29,567 bases of DNA, taken from a virus. Lineage: Duplodnaviria; Heunggongvirae; Uroviricota; Caudoviricetes. This document shows, piece by piece, positions 14,401 to 23,012 of this stretch; positions within the stretch are counted from its first letter, which is position 1; the number at the start of each line of letters is the position of its first letter. The position numbers were made by a program, and so were the translations under genes. The notes beneath the pieces were generated by a model. It had not been told where the DNA came from and did no database searches. It worked only from the letters and a program-made list of their open reading frames with translations. Location: the IMG/VR virus record IMGVR_UViG_3300035208_003871. One strand, 5' to 3'.

Positions 14401-16133
14401 GAGAATGTTCCTCCATCAATTGTCATATTTTCAGCACCATAAATTACCCAACTAAAATCTGTATTAACTGCAACAGCCGATCCAACACTTATCGTAAATG
14501 TGGTTGCGTTCACATCAGAAATTGTACAATTCGGCAACACTTCAAAGATAACAGGCGCTGCACCATAACCATGTGTAACTTGTGTTGTCAATGTTCCAGT
14601 TGTAATAGTAGCAATTCCGTATGTTGCAAAGGATCCCGAATTACCAGATCCACCCTCTCCAAGTTCCCACGTATCACCGACATTTCTCTTTAAGTAACCC
14701 GATCCAGTAAGTGCTGCTATAGCAGTCAAATCTGCGTCTACTGGCTGGTAAGTTCCCGTGTGATTGTGCGTTGTATCGGATTTTGTCGCTAAAGCACCAA
14801 CTGTGGCAAATGTATTTGTATCAAGTGCCCACGTATTGAGTGCCGTCTTTTTAAGTACACCAGTAGTCCCGGTTAACGCTGCAATTGCCGTTAGATCCAA
14901 ATCTACTGCCTGATATGATCCATCGTGGTTATGTGCAATAGCAGCCTTTGCATCGAGAGCATCTTGTAAATCTTCTTGATTACTAATGGAACCAGTTACA
15001 TTACCCCACGTTAGCGATGTTACTGTGGGAAAATTCAGTGTTCCATCTGCTTCTACCGTAACGTTAGTACCGGGCTTAACTACTCCAACAACTGATTCCG
15101 TGGCTATTGGAAGCACCGTTGCAAATAACGTTCCAGTTAAAATGTTACTGGCAACCGTAGAATTAACATTGACTACATTACCAAGTCCAACATCACTCTT
15201 AGTTACGGACACAACTGGTCCACTATGTCCATTAACACTGGTCACGTATCCTGATGAATTTCCCAACTCATACCAACTGCTGCTAGATGTTGCAAAGATG
15301 CTACTAACCCCGGTATCAGTGTTAACCCATACCCAACCATCTTCTGGTTCTAATGGCTCAACTGTTGTTGGGAAAACCGCAGTTACTGAAACCTGTCCAA
15401 TATAACTACTATCAATCTTGCTGTCAGTACCAAGAGGAACATATCCATTTGCCACACCCTTATTTGCAAGATTTTCCGGAGTATATCCAAGAGCATCTTG
15501 TTTTGCATCCCATGTCACTATTTGTGTATCAGTAACAACCCGGTGACTTGAATCATCAGTTAAATCTGCAAGTTCATCAGGAATTGGCAATGTAATATTA
15601 CTGGTTAACGCATAACTATTGATTGTTCGGGTTTCCGGAACTTTAGCATCGAGTGCTTCGATTAAGTCCAATTGAGTAGCGATGTCACCAGTAATAGTTC
15701 CCCAAGTACCAGCACCACCTCCACCGCTTCCAATTAAACATTCCTGCTCAACCCACGCTCCTGATATCTTGATATAATACCATTCAGTAAGTGTATTTAA
15801 GTAAAAATCACCATCAACTCCAAGTCCTGATGCCGGTGATCCTTCTCCATGTAACCATGTTTTTCCATCGGTACCAGTAGCGCCAGTTGGCCCTATTGGA
15901 CCAGTGGCACCAGTCTCTCCTTTAATTGTTGGACTTATATCTATCCACGAAGTTGTCGCCAATTTGTACTGTTGAAGTGTTTCCGTACCTGTGATATACA
16001 CCGGTAAGTTATCAACTAACTCACTTGGGTTAGTTACAAAATAAGCATCACGGGCAGTAGTATCAGCAAATATATGATCATCTGCTATTACTATTGCTCC
16101 ACCACCTGTATCTACCCGTGGTGGAAACACCAT
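14397..16133 (-). CDS. long tail fibre protein with short collagen-like Gly-X-Y run
   Basis: GETGATGPIGPTGATGTDG, WGTITGDI..Q.DL..ALD twice, VTSVNGHSG.V...KSDVGLGNVVN and HNH.G.YQ..D.DLTAIA twice. Confidence 0.8.
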   Translation of the reverse strand: MVFPPRVDTGGGAIVIADDHIFADTTARDAYFVTNPSELVDNLPVYITGTETLQQYKLATTSWIDISPTIKGETGATGPIGPTGATGTDGKTWLHGEGSPASGLGVDGDFYLNTLTEWYYIKISGAWVEQECLIGSGGGGAGTWGTITGDIATQLDLIEALDAKVPETRTINSYALTSNITLPIPDELADLTDDSSHRVVTDTQIVTWDAKQDALGYTPENLANKGVANGYVPLGTDSKIDSSYIGQVSVTAVFPTTVEPLEPEDGWVWVNTDTGVSSIFATSSSSWYELGNSSGYVTSVNGHSGPVVSVTKSDVGLGNVVNVNSTVASNILTGTLFATVLPIATESVVGVVKPGTNVTVEADGTLNFPTVTSLTWGNVTGSISNQEDLQDALDAKAAIAHNHDGSYQAVDLDLTAIAALTGTTGVLKKTALNTWALDTNTFATVGALATKSDTTHNHTGTYQPVDADLTAIAALTGSGYLKRNVGDTWELGEGGSGNSGSFATYGIATITTGTLTTQVTHGYGAAPVIFEVLPNCTISDVNATTFTISVGSAVAVNTDFSWVIYGAENMTIDGGTFS

Positions 16134-16501
16134 TAGTAAACACCACCATGCTCAGTTATAATTATTGTTGATGCGGTTCCCGTTCCGGTAAACCTTAAAT
16201 TAAATGAGTCATCCTTTGCAAGTGCATATGTTACCAGAATTGGCATTTTTGCAGGCCAGTCAGTATCTGGATTTGTTAAATATTCCTCATATGCATCTGC
16301 CTTTACAACATACAATTTCCCAGCTACCTGAGATGTAAACTGTATTGTGTAAAATGAACATGATAACTCAGTTTCACTAGATTTGGTATTAGTGAATGTA
16401 TTCACAATCGGTTCAAATAAAATATCTGCATCGCCAGTCACACTTACTGCGGTTTGAGTTACGCGAGTGCGAGTGCGAAGATCTGTAACACTGTACGCCA
16501 T
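16133..16501 (-). CDS. small beta-rich hypothetical virion protein
   Basis: 122 aa, Thr-rich, GGAGA RBS. First gene of the coupled fibre operon. Confidence 0.7.
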   Translation of the reverse strand: MAYSVTDLRTRTRVTQTAVSVTGDADILFEPIVNTFTNTKSSETELSCSFYTIQFTSQVAGKLYVVKADAYEEYLTNPDTDWPAKMPILVTYALAKDDSFNLRFTGTGTASTIIITEHGGVY

Positions 16502-16505
16502 TTTT

Positions 16506-16531
16506 ATCTCCTATATTAATAAATAGGAGAT
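16506..16531 (-). promoter_or_regulatory. 9-bp perfect inverted repeat covering the RBS of 16133..16501
   Basis: Minus strand ATCTCCTAT TTATTAAT ATAGGAGAT AAAA ATG. Confidence 0.6.
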
Positions 16532-16538
16532 TTACTGT

Positions 16539-16550
16539 ATATAAAAAGAG
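16539..16550 (-). promoter_or_regulatory. CTCTTTTTATAT motif; putative TATA box for the fibre operon
   Basis: Identical 12-mer to 9523-9534, 38 nt upstream of the ATG. Confidence 0.5.
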
Positions 16551-16582
16551 TTATATACAAGAAGCTACATACTTAACGTACC

Positions 16583-16630
16583 ACACCAACAAAGAGAAAA
16601 TTTTTCTTCTTCTTTCTTTTTGTTATGAGG
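16583..16630 (-). repeat. hairpin-forming 3' intergenic element, copy 2
   Basis: Minus strand CCTCATAACA-purine arm-TTTCTCTTTGTTGGTGT. Related to 8841-8885. Confidence 0.55.
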
Positions 16631-16667
16631 TTTGTTGGCTCGCGATCTTCCTGTTATTTGCGACGTT

Positions 16668-19600
16668 CTATTGTTTTTTGAAGTCGTCTTCGGCATTCAC
16701 GCCTTCCTTGATGACCTTTGTTCTAATGAAGGAGAACCCGGTTGATTTTAGCATTACTGGATATTTTATTACGCGGCGACCAAACTCGGTTAGTGAATTG
16801 TATATTCTTTGGCCGATTTCATTTACCTGTATATAATATGATCGTATACCCACTTCGTCCAAACCTGCTTCACTAGGGGTTTCTTCTTGTATAAAGGTCA
16901 CATTTTCTGTAATAATATGTGCATGAATTACAGTGTCTGTATTAGAAGCAAATTCATCAAATGCACGAACTTCAAATCCTGATGTTGTACTAAATTCATA
17001 CGAATCGACGGTGTTTGAAATATGCATTGTTTTTTGCATTATGTTAATACAGTTTGTATATGTTTTTGTGGCATTGTTTCCGGATGTATCAGACACCGTT
17101 AATGATACAGTAAAGTTTCCAAATGTTGCGTATTCGTGTAATGGATTCTCATCATATGAAGTTGTACTGTCACCAAAATTCCAGAAATAAGTAGCGTCGC
17201 CTAGTGTATCAAATGATAAATTGGTAAATTCAACAGTAGTTGGGAATGTACTATTGACTATATTTAAATATGAGGGCTTAAAATTTACTTGTACATTGCT
17301 GTCGTAAAGTGAAATTGTTCTACTATATGGCAATGAGTATACACCGAAGTTGTTCTTTACTTGTACAGATATTGTTTTATTTCCACCAACGATGAATGGA
17401 ACTTTTGGATATAATTCGTCATAAACTACTCCATCAATTGTCCACAAAATTGAATCAAATTCTTCTTCTCTTGTTCCGTCAACGGCGATTATTGGTACAA
17501 ATTCAAGTCGAGTTGGTACTGTATATCCATCTGGTGCAACTATTTCAAATACTGCAAATGGGGTAGGTATTGGAACAATAAGTGTTGTTGAAAATTCTCC
17601 ATAATTATCTTGATTTGATGCATATAAAGTTGCAGTATATGTTCCGGGATATTCATAAGTATGACTCACAGTTTCGGTATCCGCAACTGATCCATCTCCA
17701 AAATCCCAAAAAAACTCATCTGCTGTTTCAGAAGTAGTATTTACAAATGTAACCTTATTTGGTTTTTCGAGAATTGTTATAGGTATAGATTTTATACCAC
17801 TCGAATGTCCTAGAGAAGTGCTTATATCTAATGCCACATTAACATATCCTTTATTTGGTATATTATTATACCAAGTATCAACATAATCGGATCTTCGCGA
17901 TGTATATATATTAGCAAATAACCACCAATAATTAATGGCTTCACTTATATCAGTTAATAAATTCCATCTTTGAACTCCAGTACTACCTTCTCCAGATATA
18001 ATGTTTCCATTTATATCAGTTGTAACTCCCTTACCATACAAAACATATTTTAAACTGAAAGAAGATATTTCAGATCCTGACGAATTAAAAACTTCTAAAT
18101 AACCAGCTCTATAGCGTGTTACGTAAATATAATTATTTCTATCTACATAAATTGCAATTGGTTGCGTTGCAATAGATATAATATAAGTTTGTATAAAATT
18201 ATTATTATAAACTTTTACAGTATTATCATTGTGCCCGCATATATAAAAATTTCCATTTGTATCTACTGATATTCTTCCTGTATCTGGTAATATATATTTA
18301 GCTACAAATACACCATCTGATGTAAATTTATGAACATATTGTCTATCTGATCCAGATACGTAAACATAATTGTCATAACAACAAACTCCAATTTTGTCAT
18401 AATCCGGATCAAATATCATATTTGTTTCTGTTGTGTCCCATAATTGATTATAATCTGAATCATATTTTCGTAAATGTATAGTTGTACTATCTAAAAATAT
18501 AACATACATATTATTTAATGAATCGAATGTAACATCCTGCGGTCTATATAAAGGATAAACAGATCTCATATATGTATCGTTTGCTAAATCCATAACCATT
18601 ATACGATAATTGTATTCATCGCATATGTGAAGATGATTCAACGTATTAACGGCCATTCCATTTACCATGTTTACTACTGTTTTAATATCAGGGGGTTCAT
18701 TGACTGTACCATACAATGTTCCATCTTCGTTAAATATTAATATTATTCCAATATCCGAATATACATAAAGTTTTCCTGTTGAACGATGAATTGCAATATC
18801 GGTAAAACTAGTTGCAGTAAAAATATAATCAGCATCTTGAAATGTATAATAAAGATCCCATGCATTTGTAACTGTTCCAAATTCGTTACAAACATAAATT
18901 CTTTTATCGGTTTCATCAAGCAAATATATAGTATCTGATGCCCAATCTATAGCAATTGACGATGGTGTAAATGTTGGAAATATAGCAGTTGCAAATGTTC
19001 CATCATAATCATATTTTAATATTTTATCATTGCCGCTATCTATGACATACAAATTATCATTAGAATCAGTTGCTAAATCTTCTATAAATAATATTTGTGA
19101 TTCAGATGTTCCAATTGATCCGGTCTCATACAAAGTTGTAGTTATTCCACCATCAGCAGATCCGCACCAAAGAAGGGTTGTTGGAGAAGAATATTGGTTG
19201 CTAGCTTTTAAACCATACCAAATATTTCCAGTTACAGTAGTTGTTATTAAATTATTATTTGAGTTAATCCAATGTCCAGATGGATGTCCTTGGTAGTTAT
19301 ATATATGATATGCATAAGTGGTTTCAAGAGTATCTACATTAATTGCATTAAAATATCCATTATCTTCCGATAAAAATACAGTATTTTCATCTATAGATAA
19401 AGAAATATCGAATGGAAATATGTAACCTGCTTTCTCAGTGAGTGTTCCAGTAGAAACGTCATATCTATCTATTATTATAAAACCGGGTTTAATAAAATAA
19501 ATATTACCATTATCTCTTACAGTAAAACCCACTGCATTAATTAATGGACTACTAGTTGATCCATATCCAACGATAAATTTATCAAAATCATATTCGTGAT

Positions 19601-19688
19601 CAAGTGTACTTGTGCTTGTAAATCGTATACGATCATTAACGTATATTGTTGTTGATGGATATACATCAAAATCTGCATTAAACGCCAT
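16668..19688 (-). CDS. large adhesin-like protein: NHL beta-propeller repeats plus several PKD domains
   Basis: NHL repeats (DLATDSNDNLYVIDSGNDKILKYD, ISVDTNGNFYICGHNDNTVKVY) and PKD motifs (FFWDFGDG...SHTYEYPGTY, YFWNFGDS...LHEYATFGNFTVSL). Confidence 0.85.
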   Translation of the reverse strand: MAFNADFDVYPSTTIYVNDRIRFTSTSTLDHEYDFDKFIVGYGSTSSPLINAVGFTVRDNGNIYFIKPGFIIIDRYDVSTGTLTEKAGYIFPFDISLSIDENTVFLSEDNGYFNAINVDTLETTYAYHIYNYQGHPSGHWINSNNNLITTTVTGNIWYGLKASNQYSSPTTLLWCGSADGGITTTLYETGSIGTSESQILFIEDLATDSNDNLYVIDSGNDKILKYDYDGTFATAIFPTFTPSSIAIDWASDTIYLLDETDKRIYVCNEFGTVTNAWDLYYTFQDADYIFTATSFTDIAIHRSTGKLYVYSDIGIILIFNEDGTLYGTVNEPPDIKTVVNMVNGMAVNTLNHLHICDEYNYRIMVMDLANDTYMRSVYPLYRPQDVTFDSLNNMYVIFLDSTTIHLRKYDSDYNQLWDTTETNMIFDPDYDKIGVCCYDNYVYVSGSDRQYVHKFTSDGVFVAKYILPDTGRISVDTNGNFYICGHNDNTVKVYNNNFIQTYIISIATQPIAIYVDRNNYIYVTRYRAGYLEVFNSSGSEISSFSLKYVLYGKGVTTDINGNIISGEGSTGVQRWNLLTDISEAINYWWLFANIYTSRRSDYVDTWYNNIPNKGYVNVALDISTSLGHSSGIKSIPITILEKPNKVTFVNTTSETADEFFWDFGDGSVADTETVSHTYEYPGTYTATLYASNQDNYGEFSTTLIVPIPTPFAVFEIVAPDGYTVPTRLEFVPIIAVDGTREEEFDSILWTIDGVVYDELYPKVPFIVGGNKTISVQVKNNFGVYSLPYSRTISLYDSNVQVNFKPSYLNIVNSTFPTTVEFTNLSFDTLGDATYFWNFGDSTTSYDENPLHEYATFGNFTVSLTVSDTSGNNATKTYTNCINIMQKTMHISNTVDSYEFSTTSGFEVRAFDEFASNTDTVIHAHIITENVTFIQEETPSEAGLDEVGIRSYYIQVNEIGQRIYNSLTEFGRRVIKYPVMLKSTGFSFIRTKVIKEGVNAEDDFKKQ

Positions 19689-19690
19689 AA

Positions 19691-22600
19691 TTACTCCGAT
19701 TTCGTATAAGTGAATGAGACATCAATTAGGAGATTTCGTTTTACAACTTCGATAAATGGTGTTACTGTAGGATACACATTTCCATTTAAATCAGTTATTT
19801 CAAGTGTCACATATGTTGATGTAGGAGATGTGCAATCTGTGGCAAACGTATCGCCAGAAGAAACATAATTATCTTCAGAGATCCATTTCAAAGAATACCC
19901 TTTTGTAAACTTATAAATTTGCACTTTATAAGGCCCAGAATCAAAAACATATAGTTTTTCATCGGATGAGTTATTAGATCTCATTGAATATGGAAGTTGA
20001 ATTATACTTGTGCTACCGGTATATGAACAAATATAATTTACTGAAGAATCGTATACGTCAATGACTCCATAAGTTGTAGTATTATTCCATCCACTTACAT
20101 AAATATGACCAGTTGATGTATTATTTTCCATAAAAAATTTTTGATTGACCATATCATGTGGTATATAACTTGCGATAAATGTCCCATCGTTGGTAAATTT
20201 TTGTAATAAATCGAACGATTGATCATCAAGGCCCCATTCTGCTATCCATATGTTATCTGTATTATCTAGAAATATATTTACTACATCGCGTATGATAGAA
20301 CCGTCACCAAATTGTCTTATATAATTTCCAAGATTGTCGTGAACTGATACAAATAATTCTCTATACGTTCCGATTGTACTTCCGGAACCGTAGATGTACC
20401 CATCTTTAATTGCAAAACAGTCCATTAGATGATGAGAAGACCACCAACTCCGAATAAAATTTAATTCTTTATCATATTGAAAAATTCCACCACGTAATAA
20501 AATGTATAAAACACTGCAATCTTCATTAAATTTCATACTGGTTGTGTCAGAAGTTCCGAGTTCTATTGTAACTGATTTTAATAAAGTTCCTGCTGAATTA
20601 TATTTATATAATATTATATTAAAATGACCACTGATAGATTTTCTTTGAGTATGGTAAAAATTTCCGTCAAAATCAATAGCCATTGGAAAATGGTTATTAT
20701 AATCCACATCATTTGGTATTGGGATTGTTCTTTCAAATGTTAATGTGCCAACGGGTATACTTGGATCTAATACTATATTTACTGGAGAACAAGTAAACAC
20801 TTCTGTTTCGTAGGGGATTTCTGGATAAATTGTGATATTTGCGCCATACGTTGGATAAACATAAGATACTGGTACATTTGTTGTATATGTTCCAAATGAT
20901 TCATCATTATATTTTACAGTAAGCGCTACTGGTTTTGTTCCAAATTCACTATATATTTTAGTTGGATTTGAACTTGTTGAATGACTATTATCTCCAAAAT
21001 TCCACAAATATGAAACTGGAACCATATCAGATATTAAACTAAATGCTATAGATTCATTTACATCAGGGTAACTTGGAGCAAATGTTATTTGTGATATATT
21101 TCCTAGTTCAGCACTCCACGATCCTTGAGTTGGTTCAGTTGCCGCGTATTTCCGGGCAACAATCCAATCAATTACTGTTGCAGTAGTAGTTGAATATAAC
21201 CATATTCGGATATAATTCCCTGCAGGATCAGTTGGATTTCCTGTACCAGTGCATCCTAGTACGTCATTTTTATAGAATTTTGGATTGGTTACATTATTTT
21301 GAAAATCATAGGTAACTGGAGTTGAAGTAACAAAAGTTTCTGTGATATATGGCTCTCCTACTCCTTGGTAGTTATGTAAATAGTGTCTACTTTCTGCACA
21401 ATTAATATAGATTCCAAATGATCCCGGATCTGGTGTCGTCGGAGAGGTTACTGAAATTCTGACTTGCGCAGTGCTTGAACTTCCTGTAGATCGAGAATTT
21501 ACCTTTACTCGTATCGTATTTGTATTATCGGCAAGTGCATTGAGTGACGACAGACCGATACCCTTTGATACTCCTGCAGTTTGTGTAATGGTTATAGCCC
21601 CACCAGAAACAGCCACAGTTCCAGTACCAGAGTTGTGTGGTACTAATGTGGGATTCCATTTTGCCGTATCTAATGTGGCACCTTCAAAATCATCAAAAAA
21701 GACAAAAGTTGCATCACCATTACTTTCACTGGTTGCTGCAGCATTTCCATAAAAAACAGCGATGGTAGTTGTGCCAATTGTTGGAAGTTTTACCCAAATT
21801 TTGGCACTTACACCGCTTGTATAACTTTCAATCCAATAGGGTAATGCTGTGACATCATCTACTGAAAATCGAATGTCGCTAAAATCATCATTGCAGTGAG
21901 TGTTACAATAAATGGATGATCCAGAAGAAGTTCCACTGGTCTTATAAACAGTAAACTGAACCTGATAATCAGTTAACCCAGTACCGTGAGTAATAGAATG
22001 TGTTTGTTTATAAGACCAGTCAGTTAATGGACTTCTATAATATTTGGTTGGTTCAGATGCTGTTATAGCGTGAATGGCTATAGCATCGAACACAGATGAA
22101 CCAGATCCGGTGGTGGGTTGTGCTAAAATAGGATATAAGGTAGATGTTGGTACTTGTGTAGAGTGGGTCGCGACTAATGTAGATCCTACATAATATGCAA
22201 TGGATGATGAGTATCGTTTAATTCGCCATGTTCTGGTTCCGGTGTATGATGCTCCAATTGAGGTATCTTGTGTTGTAGAATTATAACTACGAGTATTGTA
22301 TACAGATCCATTTAGATATCCGTATTGGAATGTTATAAGCGGAGTTCCCTCATATGATGCTTGGAATCCAAAAAGTAAGTTATTTGAGGCTCCTAACGAT
22401 CCACGTCCTATTATTTCGTAATTTGCTGCGTAACCAGTTTTTCCAATAATATATTCTGATCCTGCATTGATAGTAATTTGAGATGATGCAACGGTTGGAG
22501 TTCCTCCTACTGTCCATTTTGCAGTGTCAAGTGTATCAAAATCATCAAAGAAGACAAATGTGTTGGTTCCGCTGCTTGTGGTTGTTGCACTGGCATTACC

Positions 22601-22891
22601 ATATTGTAGGACGATATCTGTGTAAGAATTGGATGTAAGTGTTGGAACTTTTACCCAGATAGTGGCTGTTGAGGCATCGTATGATTCTATCCAATATGGA
22701 TATTCGACATCTGATGTGCTAGAGAATCTAATATCATCGTAATCGGCTTCACAATCAGTTCCAATATAGATGTTATCTCCACTGTTAGTTCCGCTGGATC
22801 TATTAATAATGAATTTAACTTGATAATCAGTTAAAGTTGTATTATTATTATATAGGGATATTGTGAGAGATTTCGTCCAACCACTTAGCAT
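19691..22891 (-). CDS. large adhesin-like protein: two DUF2341 domains, PKD and beta-propeller
   Basis: DIRF...YWIESY....A.IWVK.P....YGNA.ATS.S.G..TFVFFDDF occurs twice, then YLWNFGDNS (PKD) and NHL-like repeats. Confidence 0.85.
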   Translation of the reverse strand: MLSGWTKSLTISLYNNNTTLTDYQVKFIINRSSGTNSGDNIYIGTDCEADYDDIRFSSTSDVEYPYWIESYDASTATIWVKVPTLTSNSYTDIVLQYGNASATTTSSGTNTFVFFDDFDTLDTAKWTVGGTPTVASSQITINAGSEYIIGKTGYAANYEIIGRGSLGASNNLLFGFQASYEGTPLITFQYGYLNGSVYNTRSYNSTTQDTSIGASYTGTRTWRIKRYSSSIAYYVGSTLVATHSTQVPTSTLYPILAQPTTGSGSSVFDAIAIHAITASEPTKYYRSPLTDWSYKQTHSITHGTGLTDYQVQFTVYKTSGTSSGSSIYCNTHCNDDFSDIRFSVDDVTALPYWIESYTSGVSAKIWVKLPTIGTTTIAVFYGNAAATSESNGDATFVFFDDFEGATLDTAKWNPTLVPHNSGTGTVAVSGGAITITQTAGVSKGIGLSSLNALADNTNTIRVKVNSRSTGSSSTAQVRISVTSPTTPDPGSFGIYINCAESRHYLHNYQGVGEPYITETFVTSTPVTYDFQNNVTNPKFYKNDVLGCTGTGNPTDPAGNYIRIWLYSTTTATVIDWIVARKYAATEPTQGSWSAELGNISQITFAPSYPDVNESIAFSLISDMVPVSYLWNFGDNSHSTSSNPTKIYSEFGTKPVALTVKYNDESFGTYTTNVPVSYVYPTYGANITIYPEIPYETEVFTCSPVNIVLDPSIPVGTLTFERTIPIPNDVDYNNHFPMAIDFDGNFYHTQRKSISGHFNIILYKYNSAGTLLKSVTIELGTSDTTSMKFNEDCSVLYILLRGGIFQYDKELNFIRSWWSSHHLMDCFAIKDGYIYGSGSTIGTYRELFVSVHDNLGNYIRQFGDGSIIRDVVNIFLDNTDNIWIAEWGLDDQSFDLLQKFTNDGTFIASYIPHDMVNQKFFMENNTSTGHIYVSGWNNTTTYGVIDVYDSSVNYICSYTGSTSIIQLPYSMRSNNSSDEKLYVFDSGPYKVQIYKFTKGYSLKWISEDNYVSSGDTFATDCTSPTSTYVTLEITDLNGNVYPTVTPFIEVVKRNLLIDVSFTYTKSE

Positions 22892-22916
22892 AGTATAAAG
22901 TTTGTGAATTTACAAG

Positions 22917-22927
22917 ATATAAAAGAG
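22917..22927 (-). promoter_or_regulatory. CTCTTTTATAT motif; putative TATA box of a leaderless gene
   Basis: Ends 26 nt upstream of the 22891 ATG, which has no RBS. Confidence 0.5.
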
Positions 22928-23012
22928 TTGAGTAACGTAGCGAAACTCATGATAATGATTGATCATTTACAGTATAAAAAAGATTTATAAAATAATATAA
23001 ATTAAATGATTA

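Noticed and set aside
14054-15535. Plus-strand ORFs opposite the tail fibres (and similar ones at 10362, 11921, 16933, 21471, 24422, 27273, 29180)
   Set aside because: Antisense open frames are expected opposite Thr/Gly/Ala-rich genes with biased codons. None has a motif or a plausible start context.
15860-15930. Collagen-like protein call
   Set aside because: Only about six or seven Gly-X-Y triplets, a common short hinge in phage fibres and not a separate feature.
19688-19693. Read-through fusion of the two 1000-aa adhesins
   Set aside because: They are out of frame (2-nt gap after TAA), the second gene has its own GGAG RBS, and no slippery site is evident.
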